In this document: positions 10,895-23,714 of the stretch, piece after piece
Layout: each line of letters opens with the position of its first letter
Position numbering within the stretch: position 1 is the first letter of the stretch
Origin: Marsupella aquatica
Taxonomy: Eukaryota > Plantae > Marchantiophyta
Direction of reading: 5' to 3'
Assembly (NCBI GenBank): GCA_973895155.1
Contig: OZ316892.1
Span: 3,599,223 to 3,663,222 of the forward strand
Length of the DNA stretch: 64,000 nucleotides
Position numbers and translations under genes: made by a program
The notes under the pieces: model-generated
The model's database searches: none
Told to the model about the DNA's origin: nothing
Seen by the model: the letters and a program-made list of their open reading frames with translations, nothing else

Positions 10895-13800
10895 ATGATG
10901 AGTCGGCAGGCAACAGCAGTGGCATTACGGTCGGGTTTGAGGTTCTGTACACGAGCTAGTAGCAACGTCCCGGCACAACCATTGGCCCTACGGCGGATGG
11001 GAAGGACTTTGGCAGCTACTGTCGCAGCCACGTTCGGTGCCTCTACCTCCTCCTCAACATGCTTCGTTTGTGCTGCTGCGGCAAATGACTCTCTTTCAGC
11101 GGCCTCAAAGCACAGGTTCGATTCGCATCCTTAGGATTCGATGGAAAAACGACTGTGTGAGGCTTCGGCAGCTCGATCGGTCCAAGTCCTCGACATCCTC
11201 CGCCAAGTTGTCCCGTGAGTCGAATCCGCGGAAATTGTATCCTCTCTTCAGCTGATCTGGTCCTTCCTCTATGGTAATGTTAGAGGCGGGTGGCCTCATC
11301 ACATCTAACAGATGATCTGATTTGTGTACAGACCAGGCGCTTTCCTGGAGGGTGGGAAAATGGCCTCTGGTAGCAGCATTGCAGGGGTATGGTATCATGT
11401 GCCAGAGCTCGCAATACGAGATCTTTATTTCGAAGTACCTCTGGACTATTCTTCTCCCGACTCCCCATCCATCACCATCTTTGTTCGTGAAGTCGTTTCA
11501 GGTACGTCTCTTCTCCTCTCTCTGCTTGTCAAACATGCTCATCAGAAAGACAAACAGTGCAAAAATGAGGCGGAAAATATACGTACGTGTAAACAGTCTA
11601 GCCAAACTTGTTACATAACGAGATGAAAATTTGAAGCAGAGTCGCCGAAATATTTTTTCGTTGCTGAATCTCATGGCTTTGGTTCCATGGCCTGAATTAC
11701 GCAGTAATTGCCCCACTGTCACGTTGTCTAGAAATAATCAGGAGCAACGACAATTCAAAATTGGTTATCATTCGTTTTGGTTTGGTTTGGTTTGGGGCAT
11801 TGACTTGAAGTTTAAGCTTTTCTGCGACTTTCATCTCCCCTTTCTTCTTTGTTAAGCTGCTCTTTTACGAAAGGTGCCCAAAAGACTCCACAACACAGAG
11901 GCCATAATGAACAACTCTCTTGGAGCCTACTGTGGGCACGTTAATTTATGAGAATCCAGATATGAAGGGTATCGTAAAGGAACCTCTAGACATCTATTCC
12001 TTTTGGACTTGTGAGGTACACAGCTTAATATTTAATCTCGTCATCGAAGAGAGTACCGGTTTGTGCATCGGTCATGCAGCTTGTTTTGATTTTCACGAAA
12101 TACTCTCTGAGGGGACCTAGATAAGACGTGGACGACGGGATAGAGGTGGTTTAAAGCTTCAGAGGGTAATTTTTGGGTGAAGGCGCTAAATTAGAAAGTT
12201 AACATCTGAGATTAGGTCAGAATGACCAGAATAAAATTTAAAACGCTAGCCACAGACATGATGAGAAGAGAAAACTATTTGAAAATAAGTGCTTGGCACA
12301 ACTGTTTCCTTTTCAATACAGTTGGGTTTCCATATTGCATTGCGGGCGTGGGGTTTACTTCGAAGATTATATCAAAGTATCAAACGAATGTGAGGCCTCC
12401 ATCCCCCATTGACGCGTGCTGTGGACTTCCTATTCCATCATGACGGCCTTCTTAATGAATAACACCTGTACACCAAAAAGTCAGTAGGTCACATAGTCAC
12501 ATGACATCTACAGAACGTGCAAATGGCAACTCGAATCATTATGGCCTCGGAGTTGGTGGAGTTTGAACAATAGAACGTGATACCTTTCACAATATATCAG
12601 TTTGAAAGGCAGGACTAGGAATGCACTGCACACATCCAATTCTATTTCCCCTACGCATTACCTGAAATGTCACCTATTGTCGTTCCTCGGACGTGAGGCG
12701 CGTTTGAAGACTTGGATAAGAAGGGCGGAGCACCAGTTTAACAGTCACTCAGGCATATTATACTGGACAAACACTGCACCGATCCAGCCAACCCCGCTTG
12801 AAAAAATGCATTGACGCCAAATTTAGCACGCTGGCTTGTGATAATTTACTTGGTCATTGAGGACAGGTTAGTAGGATGTCTGTTACATTTAACAAAACCT
12901 GTCTCTGGCGCCAATTTTGAAGATCGAGAGTTCCTGAAGATCTACTTCTCTTGATACCAACGTTTTACTTAACCGAACAGTGAATCACGGAAGAAATTCT
13001 CTCTACAGTCTAGAAACGGGTCTTAAAGCCCGCGAGGAAGTTGCACTTATTATCGATAAACACCGTATTCTGTGAAAGCTTTCCACATAGTCTTTCTAGG
13101 GTGTGGCGGGATCATGTTGTCGACGTACATGGACCAGAAATACCTCTGATCGGTCAACTTTGGGCCCTCAACTTTGATACCACACGATCTGAACATTGTG
13201 CTTTACTTGTGCAGTTGGCAAAGAAGACCAAAAACTGCCATATTTTCTGTATCTCCAAGGAGGGCCTGGGTACGAGTGTGCAAGACCAGCTGATTCTGGT
13301 GGATGGTTGAAAAAGGCATGTGAAGAGTACCGTGTTATCCTGCTTGACCAGGTATTTACTAGGGCCCTTCAAGCTCTTAACTAGTGTAGGCTGTGAGGCA
13401 ATTAGTGCCCCATGAACCAAGCATTGCTGTAGGAATGCATGGATAGACTGTGTTTACTTGAATTTCTACCAGGGTTGCAAGATGGATTTTATCGTTGTAT
13501 CTACCGCTGGAACTTTGTCGTGAGGCTATGTTTTTGTAATGGCAGCGGGGAACAGGGCTTTCAACGCCTCTTACTTCAACGGCTTTGAGTCAGTTCACAT
13601 CTGCAGAGGAACTAGCCTCATTTTTGATGCACTTTCGTGCAGATAACATTGTTAGAGATGCTGAATTTGTAAGGAGCTGTTTGCTACCTGTGGGCGAACG
13701 TTGGACGGTTCTTGGCCAGGTGGGATGTTTTTTCACCTTGCCAAACTAATTCTTGTGCTCCTTGAAGTGCAATTGCCTTGCGCTTTGTCCTGTCATTAAG

Positions 13801-15914
13801 AGTCAAGTTGTTATATCAAACTGATATTGAGTAATTCTGTTGTTGATTGGCAGAGCTTTGGTGGTTTCTGTGCTGTCACGTACCTCAGCTTAGCTCCACA
13901 TGGCTTGCGACAGGTGTTGCTTACGGGTGGTCTTCCACCCATAGACGACGGGTGCACTGCAGAGTCCGTTTATCACCAATGCTTCAAGCGTGTGGCTTTG
14001 CAAAACGAAAAATTTTACGCACGATTTCCTCAAGATGAAGAAATCGTTCGTTCAATTGTCCTTCATTTGGCAAATGCTGAGGGAGGAGGGGTAAGTTGTT
14101 TAGAAACATGACTCTGGCTGGACTCTGTAAATGTCCTTTCACACAAGCTATCGAGGGATTGCTTTTATTTCTCGTCATACGCTCTTTTTATTACCTCTAC
14201 AGCGAATACTTACCACAAGCGCCGATAAATTTCCTTGTATCCTGTGTTTCCATTTTCTACATCATGCTCGTCTATTTCAAAACATTTTGCGAACTCTATT
14301 GACAAATGTGATTTTCGGCTGCGTAGGTTTTGCTACCTTCGGGCAGCATTTTATCACCACGTGGGCTTCAACTGTTGGGTCTGTCTGGGTTGGGGTCGTC
14401 TGGAGGGTTTGAGCGCCTGCATTACATGTGAGTGAGATTCCCCATACCTTGTGCCTGGATAGTGCGGTGAAAATAGAGAAGTGACTATGACTCTTTCTAA
14501 AATGTTGTGGCTCAGTCTGGAGCGAGCATGGGATCCCTTACTGGTACCAGGAGCCAAGAAAAGACTCAGCCACACCTTCTTGCGCATGGTAAGGACCTGG
14601 ACCAAAGCATCACAGTTCATAAACTTGCGATGAATAACAGTCCAACTAGTGAAGCCACTGGCAAAAGGTCATGTCAAGAAATTGCGATCAAACACTCATA
14701 ATCAAGCTCTCAAAGAACGTTCTCTCGTTCTCAGGTCGAAAATTGGCTCGACTTCGATAATAATCCACTGTATGCTCTATTGCATGAAGCCGTCTACTGC
14801 CAGGTATGCAACTTTGGCGTGCTCTTGAATCTGTTGTCTTTTCGGTCATGATCCTGTGTCACTGGCGAACATTGCACGGTTTCCGCTTCTCATTAAAGAT
14901 CTGAACTGGAATATGTTCTTGGAATGTCTTCATCAGGCATGTTCTTCTCACCAAGACAATTAGGAACACATTATTGCAGCAAGCAATGTCGCTGTATGAG
15001 AGAGAGCTTCTGACTCCGGACAATCATATCTTTGCTTCTGTAGTTTATTATCCACTTGTTTTCAAAGTAATCTCTTACATAATGTCCACTTCTCTGATAG
15101 GGAGCAGCATCAAAATGGGCAGCGCAGCGAGTTCGAGAGGAGCTAGGAGACCAATTTGATGCTGTCAAAGCTGCATCTAATGGCCAAAAAGTGATTTTTA
15201 CAGGAGAGGTAAATCCGCCTGGTGGCTTTATATTTTCTGTTGCGCTCAGCGACATCACATACACTTGAATGTCGACACTGGCTTCTTAAATTTACTGGCT
15301 TCTTAAATTTACAGCGCAGACGGTACTTTTAAGTTACGCATAGCGTTTGTAATGAAAAAGGACACCATAATGGGTCTGTGCTTTCCTTTGATAGAAGTTA
15401 TGTTAAGCAGGCTAGATTCTGTGCTCCTTTCTATCAGTTGGTGCTTATCGAAATCGGGTGCATTGATTGCCACAGATGATATTCCCATGGATGTTTGATG
15501 AACTGAAGGCGTTACAGCCTTTCAAAGAGGCTGCCAACATATTGGCAGAAAAGGAAGACTGGCCAACTCTCTATGATAAGAAGATTCTTGCGAGTAACCA
15601 GGTTAGAAAATATTAGACACAGTGTGTGGCCAATGTCTCATGTTGTAGTAAACTTTTTCAAATGTCTGGCGGTATTGGAAACAGAACATTGAGTTCACCC
15701 AAGGTGTCTTCTGTTGCAGGTTCCTGTTGCTGCCGCAGTTTATTACGAAGACATGTATGTTAACTTCAAACTTTCAGAGGCTACCGCTGCTGAAATTCTT
15801 GGAATCAGGGTTTGGGTTACGAATGAGTATATGCACTCTGGCATTCGAGAGGATGGGCCGCGCATTTTGGATTATCTGTTTGGGTTATTGAAAGGAAAGC
15901 TTCTCCTTCGGTGA
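10895..15914 (+). CDS. PIP: Proline iminopeptidase (S33 alpha/beta hydrolase) with N-terminal organellar transit peptide; 11 exons, ~536 aa
   Basis: Phase-consistent GT-AG exons: 10895-11115, 11332-11501, 13215-13351, 13546-13719, 13854-14090, 14327-14427, 14516-14588, 14735-14803, 15101-15208, 15476-15601, 15720-15914 (1611 nt). Motifs FEVPLDY, LYLQGGPG, LLDQRGTGLSTP, nucleophile GQSFGG, YYEDMYV and HSGIRE. Confidence 0.92.
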
Positions 15915-18289
15915 CTCATGTTCCATAGTGTTTCAGCCGTTTGCACCCTTTATCCAAGACAAGGTGCAGAATCACTTACCAGATAGATTGACTGAAGAGA
16001 AGTAGAGCAGATGTAGAAATTGCGATCACTATTGCGAAATAGATCTGGCTTAGGAAAAATGTGCACACCATATTGGTATGACTTTCCTTTGTCCCTAGTC
16101 ATCACCCACACACTGATCATAAGCAGTCTAAACATTTGGCTTGAAGAGGCTCCACTTTTATCTTACATCAGTTATCAGATAAAAGACGTCAGGGTAGGTG
16201 AGTTTCCTTAGAACCGGTAGTTCTTAGTCAACATTTGAATTACCGAAAGCCTGGTCTGTTCAATGCTGCTGGACACTCACCAAAAGGAGATTCGCCATGT
16301 AGCTGGAGAGTGTGTGCGTTTCTACCTTCCCTGTTTTGTGTGGTTCTCAAGGGTTGGATATCATCCTTGCTACACAAGGGTCATCTTTTGAGCTGAACAA
16401 TTACTCGCATTTCTTTGCATGCGGCATCCCTAGGTGAAGTTTTGTAGGTATCTTGTCTGGCTTCACAAAAGCCATGTAATTTTCAAGCGCCAAATGGTCA
16501 TTTCCAGTGGTCTTATTGTCCCAGTCTGAGAAAATGCTCTCATTTCACAGTTTATTGTCTCATCAAGTCATAGACCTTGTATGTCTTGGAGTTTCCCTGC
16601 GGCGAGGAAGGCATAGAGTAGATAGAGCATCCATCCATATCGGCTTACTACTGTCTACAACATGTCCCGGCCTAAACCCAAAACAGCGGTTTGGAGACAA
16701 TTGATTACTATAAAAACGTTTCTGGACAGGTTTCGAATGGTGGGGAATTCGGTCACCTGTAAGAGATCGAAGAGCACTGTTGGAACACGGGGACAGGACA
16801 ACGGGGAATAATTGTTGGAATCAAACACGCCCATTGAAATTTCTCGTTCGAGTGATTGCCTACATTGGGAGTGGATACATTTTGCCTTCGGATTAGAAAT
16901 ACCTTCCGCCCCTTGAACAGATTACCTTAGCGTTCCAGCACCCTACAAATTGAAAATATGATCGAGATCCACCTTGAGAACGACGAAGACGCAGAGAAAA
17001 AGAGATTGTGATTAAACCCTTCAACTGCGATAAGATCGAAGAACCGGGAAACTCCAGAATGAACCGAAATTCTAAAACAGAGAACCGTTGCAGCACCCAA
17101 CAAACCGAAGACATGATCAAGTTCGTGCCAGCTTGAAACCTTGAATGTCAATGAGATTGTGACAAATCTCGAAATGGGAATGAGAACGAAGAACAGGAAG
17201 ATTGAAACAACCATGAAGTGAAGCAATCGAATGCAACTCAACGTGATCGATCGCACATCGCTAATGTCACTTCTCACATGAACGTCGTCACTCGAAAACG
17301 TCAGTACGCTTCCAGACACAACGTAAAGATAGAGACGGTGACGGTGACGGTGACGGTACAGCACCGTAGAATCTACTTTTCACGACACGACAGGCGCCCC
17401 GTCACGTGGGTCGGAGAGGGCCCCACCACCGTTCCTCGCAATCCATTTGTGGATTTGTGGGCTCCGCCAATTTCAGCGGTGCTGATGAAACAGAGTTGTG
17501 GGATCCGCCAGTTTCAGCGGTGCTGACGAATCAGAGGCCGCACTTCGAAAACGTCGCCCATTGGCTGAAATGTACGTCAACCCACATCCCACTTGGTCGC
17601 CGGGGCCGACCAAATGGCCGAGGGCCACGTCATGATTGGTCCGACACCTATCCCTCCGGTGTGTCAGCGCATTCGGTGTCGCTGTGTCCGGTGATCCTCC
17701 GGTTAGGAAGTGTGTTAATTCGATTTTTCTATCGGTTTGTCTCTCTAACCTTCGGTCCGCCTGCGAGTCTGATCCTTTGCGAGCCCATGGAAATAAAGCT
17801 TGGAGACCGGAAAAGAATTCTCAGAGGAGACGAGCGAATATTGAGCCTCGTAACTCTTTTGTTGGTGGTTTCAGCGAATGCAGAGCCAATCGCATGTGGG
17901 CAGTCCTTTGTTGTCCCGTCCAACAGCCCTTTGTTTGAAGGCCCTCTACTTGACTCTGGGCAGCATATATATGAGAGCGAGAGAGATCCTAAAGCCCCTC
18001 GTGTGCTAGGCTTGATGATAAAAAATCAGGAGTTCCAAGGGCAAGGGCCTGACCTCAAACTTGATAATCAAACAAACAGATTTAATTACATTGCCACTAA
18101 CCATGTTTTAATTTACAATAATGTCATTATTTTTATTATATTTACAAAATACATTAAGTTTTTTATATAGTTCCTTTGGTGAAATTATCATTCAAATATA
18201 AAACTGTGACATATTTTGTAATACCAAAAAAACCATGACACTATTGTTAATTAGAACATCTTTAGTAGCAAAGAACTTAAAAGCTGTGC

Positions 18290-18755
18290 AGGTTGTAGGG
18301 TAGTGGATACTCCTATCAAACCCCAAACTCCTTTGTTGTAGGGTAGTAGATACTCCTATCAAACCCAAACTCCTTTGCACCAGTAGTGTTGAGGGCCGGT
18401 AAACGAAGGGCTGCTACATGCAGTTGGCTCTTAGCCTCATAGGCATTTTTTTGGTGGGTTGCCAAGCCTGGCGCCTAAAGCTTTCTAGCTTTTTGGTTCC
18501 ATACTATTATAATTTGTTGGTTTTGGTTTTCCAGATTGTGAAGTGAGTAGGTTATTCTACAAAACTAATCCAATGCTCGTGCATTGCCCAAAAAATGTCT
18601 AGGAGAGAAAAATAATGCTGATGAGACAGAAAAATGTTGTGTAGGCAAGGAAGTTGTTGAGGCATATTATATGTCATTGGGTCAAGGCATATTAAATGTC
18701 ATTGGGTCAAGGCATATTATATGTCATTGGGTCAAGGCATATTATATGTCATTGG
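18290..18755. repeat. Two small tandem arrays (~42 bp x2; ~22 bp x4)
   Basis: GTTGTAGGGTAGTRGATACTCCTATCAAACCC(C)AAACTCCTTT occurs twice at ~18292-18376. GGCATATTATATGTCATTGGGTCAA-like units occur four times at ~18661-18757. Confidence 0.8.
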
Positions 18756-19759
18756 GTGACGTTTATATATGTGATAGGAGGGGTTACATGGTTCCTAACT
18801 GGGGTTAGGTAAGTAACCCCGGTGACTTAACAGTTATGTTCTAACATTTGCAGGATATTATTTAGAATGTTCTTGAAATATGTATGGAAGGACTTCCTTG
18901 AGCTTTCACAAGTGCTACCTAGATTACAATATTTAGAAAATTGTGTGACCTAAGTGATGGTCACTCTTGTTTTAACCTCGACCTCTACACTAGTGCTCGT
19001 ATTTTTTTTAGGTCCAGTACGTATGCACTTAATTGTCACAACGTATAAAAAGAGGGTGGCGTACAAACTGCCCTTATTGCAAAAACCAGCTAAAGAATAG
19101 ACACCACACTCCACAGCAGAAACCAAGGCAAAGAAACCTGCACCTGGTGACCAAACACTAAAATCTAGACCGTGTCATGTTGTATGGCAAGAAAAATCAC
19201 AACCATACTAGTTACAGATTGATGGTGGTGTTATAAGACCTAGGGGGGGATCACATCTTTTTATTCTGGGACTGTATATTGAGTTTTGTTTTTCCCAAAG
19301 TCAATTAATCCTCACGCCCCACAAAGGAGGGGTGAAAAACAGGGAAGGGGGGCAAGCCCAAACAACCACACTAACCAAGGGGCAAAGACCACCAAGGGAG
19401 GGCACCCAGGACCCATAAGCAACTGACCAAACCCTAATCATACCAAAATGACCTGAAGAACTCCACTTCAGTGCTTCAACCGGAACCCTGTCAAAATTGG
19501 GGCTAAGCCCCCTACTGTATATTGAGTTGAAACAGCTACATTTGGCTTTAGAAGAATGGGGCATTCAGGTAGGGTGTCTACCAATCTTACATGGCAAGCA
19601 TTGGGCCAAAGTACTGTAGATGCTGATGTGGAACTTTTATTTTGTCTGGAATTTCTAGACTACCTCGGGAGGTCATCCAAACATTTCCCAACTTCGGCTC
19701 CTTCATTCAAGGAATCTGCTTTTCATGAACTTCATTTGAAATGATTTTTGGTCTGGAGT

Positions 19760-19936
19760 GAGGTATTTGCTTGATTGACCCCCAAAATGAAACTTGTTAC
19801 TTGATCGACCCCCTGATGTCTATCAACAGTCCAGATCTGAGGTCGAAAGGTCCATCAACGGTCCAGATTGTGGAAAAGTATCGAGGGGGTTGATTAAGCA
19901 AACTTTTTTAAAGGGGGTCTACTAAGCATATCTCTA
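19760..19936. mobile_element. Mutator-like MITE
   Basis: Imperfect TIRs (GCTTGATTGACCCCC / GGGGGTCTACTAAGC, with inner copies), flanked by the 9-bp direct repeat GTCTGGAGT at 19751-19759 and 19937-19945. Confidence 0.7.
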
Positions 19937-20284
19937 GTCTGGAGTTTATCAGTTTATCTGTAGAACAAGAACTGACCCTTCAGTTTGCTTTGGTGACAAA
20001 AAGTCACAATTGCCCCCCACTTCTTGTAAAACTAACCTGAATCTCCATCATTGACCCACCTGCACTGTTGGAAACATTGATCCAAAGAACTGCAGTGAAG
20101 TGTCAAGTTGCTATACAAGTAATAGTCCAATAAAAATCCTAGTCATTATCTCAAGATGTGAAGGAAACAATGTGGGCAAGGAAGCATAATCTATGAGTGA
20201 TGCATTGAAATCCATTAGTCATTTGTTGGCATCAAACGTGGATCCCATTCTTGTGTGCCAGAACTCATAGGGAATATAGTACGC

Positions 20285-20640
20285 ATGGATAAGGAGAAAA
20301 TAAGTGTACTCGGGTGACACCTGCCAGGAGGGTGTGTCCTGAATAACAAGAGCTGATAAGGAGGAAATGGGTCTAAATAGGTGACACCCTGCCAGGAGGG
20401 TGTGTCCTAAATAAAAGCCAAGTAATCTGTAAGGGCAGCCAAAATAAAATTGAATGTTGTCAGAGTTGATAAGGAGAATATGTGTAATTAGGTAAATAAT
20501 ACCTTGCCAGGATGGTGGTCTCCCAGATAAAAGCCAATAATTTACAATGGCCGGAGAATGAAATTTGGAATGCTCTAATAGTTGATAACAAGAAGTTATT
20601 TAGGGTAACACCCTGCCAGGAGGTGTTCTCCTAAATTAAA
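20285..20640. repeat. Four degenerate repeats with core CCTGCCAGGAGG
   Basis: GATAAGGAG...GGTGACACC(C)TGCCAGGAGGGTGTGTCCT.AATAA units at ~20315, 20380, 20500 and 20605. Confidence 0.75.
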
Positions 20641-21179
20641 ACCCAAAAGTTTTGCCAGGGCCTGGGAATAAATTTGCAAAGTCAGTTACATATTTTAGCA
20701 TAGCTAAATATTGAGCATTGTTCTTAAAATCAAGGCCATAAAGCTCCCTTGGTGGCCTGTTACTATCGGGATTTATATATTGTAAGGTCATAATTTTTGA
20801 AGCTGCTATATGGTGAATCCAACTCTCATGTTTTGTCTTATTCATATTTGTGTATCATGAATTTTTATTTGAATGTACCTTAACAAGGGGCATCCTTTGT
20901 ATCACATAGACTTTTAATTCATTTTTGGACCCCTTTAAATTTTTGGTATTCTATAGTGTTTGAATTTAATTTGGCAGCCCCCTTAATTTGTATAATTTGT
21001 AAACTCTGTTAAGTCCTAGAGAGAAACTAAGGGTTTCATTTTCTACCGCTTTTAAGTATACTCATGAGTGAGAGGAATGATTCTAAGAAATGTCAGCACA
21101 TCCTGTCTTAAGCTCCCCTTGTGGCTTTCTTTCCTAAGTTTATGGTTTTAATAAGTCATTAATAAGACACACTAAAATA

Positions 21180-21380
21180 CGTGCACAACTCGTAGTATAT
21201 TTGTGTAATAGAATTGTACTTTCCATTGGTCACTATGTGCTTTTATTGCATGTGCTTTATTTATATTATTTGATTTTATTGTGCACAACTCGTAGCAACT
21301 TTGTGTAATGAAATTGTACTTTCCATTGGTCACTATGTGCTTTTATTGCATATACTTTATTTATATTATTTGATTTAATA
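21180..21380. repeat. ~100-bp direct tandem duplication
   Basis: GTGCACAACTCGTAG...AATTGTACTTTCCATTGGTCACTATGTGCTTTTATTGCAT...TTATATTATTTGATTT occurs twice. Confidence 0.85.
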
Positions 21381-22169
21381 TGTATTCTAGTCTTACTCTT
21401 TAATTTTGTTCACCTAATATCACTACAAGACAAAAAGTAAAACATGTTCCAGGATGAGCATGCTATATTGTAAGGTCATAATCCCTTGCAAGGACGGTGT
21501 TCTCATATGTTAATAAATTATTTGTGTGTTTTCCAAATATAGTGCCAGTAAAGTGTGAAGTTCCTGGCCCACAGAATCTTAGGTCTATATGCCATTGCTG
21601 GACTTGCATGGAACCATGCCCTCCCAGGATCCTGAGAGTTTCCAGAGAATAGTACAGGTAGTGTCCATACTGTACCTGCTGCTCACACTTTCAAGGAACC
21701 ATGGCCTCCCAAGATCCTGGGGATGGTACCCGGGAATTCTAATTAATGTAGGGACCATCAAGTTAGTGCATGCACCTGCGAAAAAGCTGCCATGAATAAT
21801 TTCAGCAGAGTTCCTTTTTATTACTTAGTTTACATAAAAAGCTTAAATTATTATTCCTAAGAGATAAGTCAAATTCTTTTTCCAAGTTTAGGTAATTTAT
21901 TGAGTGTCTATCCCTATGGTACTCTAACCGCAGCCCTACCACGAACTTCATGGAACCAATCATGTCCCAAGACCCTGGCGTTGTACAGGGAGTTCAATAC
22001 CCCCCTTCCATGCAACCAACCCCTTCCAAGATCCTGGGATCATGGACTGAAGTGGGGTAGTCTGGTAGTGATTGGATCCCAAAACGCCAGCCCATCCAAG
22101 ATGTAAGTCAGAATAATACAACCATTCGCAAATATACAAGGAATATTTGGGGACGAGATGATACAAAGT

Positions 22170-23185
22170 GTTCTAACATGAGAGAGAGAGAGAGACAGAG
22201 AGTCAATACCCCTACCAGTCCCTTCTGGAAATCCTGCCCTCAGCGAGATAGGAAACATAAAAGAGGCCGAGCTGGGAGTGTGAATAGCCCCCTGCCCCTC
22301 CCTCAACTGAACCATGCTTCCAGAGGGGCAAGCAAGGAACCAGAAAAGGAAATCTGGGAGTGCTAGAACTTCCATGGAAACATGCCCTGAGAGAAGTGAG
22401 ATAGGAAACAAAAAAGGGCCAAGCTGGGAGTGTGAATCCCCCCATGCCCCCTCCATGTAACCATGCCCTGAGAGAAGAGAGAGAGAAAACAAAAAAGGAA
22501 CCAATCTGGGAGTGCCAGTCATTCCACGAAACCACATCGTCAGAGAAGCGTGAGAGAAATGGTTCTATGGAAGGAGTGCCATTCCTTCCATAGAACCACA
22601 CCCTCAGAGAATTGAGAGAGAAGAACAAAAAAAGGAACCAATCTGGGAGTGCCGGTCCTTCCATGGAACCATGCCCTCAGGGAAGCAAGAGTGAAGAACA
22701 AATCAAGGAACCAATCTGGGAGTCCCAGTCCTTCCATGGAACCACACCCTCAGAGAAGCGAGAGTGAAAAACAAATCAAGGAACCAATCTGGGAGTCCCA
22801 GTCCTTCCATGGAACCACGCCCTCAGAGAAGCGAGAGAGAAAGAAAAAGAAAAAAAAAGAACCAATCTGGGAGTGCCATTCCTTCCATAGAGCCACGCCC
22901 TCATAGAGCCACACCCTCAGAGAAGCGAAACAGAAAAACAAAACAAAAAAGGAACCAATCTGGGAGTGCCAGGCCCTCCATGGCAACCACGCCCTCAGAG
23001 AAGCGTGAGAGAAAAAACCAAAAAAGGAACCAATCTGGGAGTGCCAGCCCCTCCATGGCAACCACGCCCTCACAGAAACGTGAGAGAAAAACCAAAAAGG
23101 GAACCAATCAGGGAGTGCCATTCCTTCCATGGAACCCACGCCCTCAGATTAGCGAGAGAGACAGAGGAACAGCTAAGGAACCGAT
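22170..23185. repeat. Tandem array of ~70-90-bp units containing CCAAT boxes, upstream of the CBS gene
   Basis: Unit GGAACCAATCTGGGAGT(G/C)CC..CC(T/C)TCCATGG(A/C)ACCACGCCCTCAGAGAAGCGAGAG plus an A-rich linker. Eight CCAAT-bearing copies (~22497, 22634, 22707, 22779, 22859, 22951, 23026, 23100) plus degenerate ones. Confidence 0.9.
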
Positions 23186-23714
23186 GTGTGTCCGCCCCCT
23201 CCCTCTGCTTTTTGCTCAGAAGAAGATGAGGACGACAGTCAGCACGACACAACAGACAGTAATCGAAAGCCTCGCCTTTCCTTTCATTCCTGCACATTTC
23301 CCGGACACACATCTTATTCTCTTCCCGAGTTCCTTTACTTCCGGGACATCATCACTCAAGCAGAAAAGGAGAGACAAGAAGACAACTGTAGGAGAGCAGC
23401 TTAGTAGGCGCGAGATCAGAGTAGACCACAGGGTGTTTAGAGCAGCGAGAGCACGAAGAGAAGCGGTCCGAAGTTCTAGAGAAGGGCATTTTGTTTTTTT
23501 TTCTGCGGGATTGGGATTCGGCGCTGACGGAAAGGAGAAAGAGGCGGACATTTGGTTTGGTGTGTCGTTCATTCTTTCTGTTGATCGAAGCACAAGAGTG
23601 GGAGAGAGGTGAAGGAAAAGGTTGAAGAGAAATCGTTTCGTGGGTCGTTCCTTCGGGCGGGTGATTTTTCATCGATTGCAAGAAGAAGTGGGATCAGAGC
23701 AAGCAGAGCGTCAA

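Noticed and set aside
17406-18170. 254-aa ORF
   Set aside because: GTG start, no recognisable domain, and it runs from a promoter-like GC island into AT-rich MITE-like sequence.
22490-23160. CRISPR-like appearance of regularly spaced GGAACCAATCTGGGAGTGCC repeats
   Set aside because: The intervening sequences are homologous to each other rather than unique spacers, there are no cas genes, and the context is eukaryotic.
22040-23612. Long ORFs on both strands (e.g. 282 aa at 22764-23612)
   Set aside because: By-products of the tandem array, with repetitive low-complexity translations.
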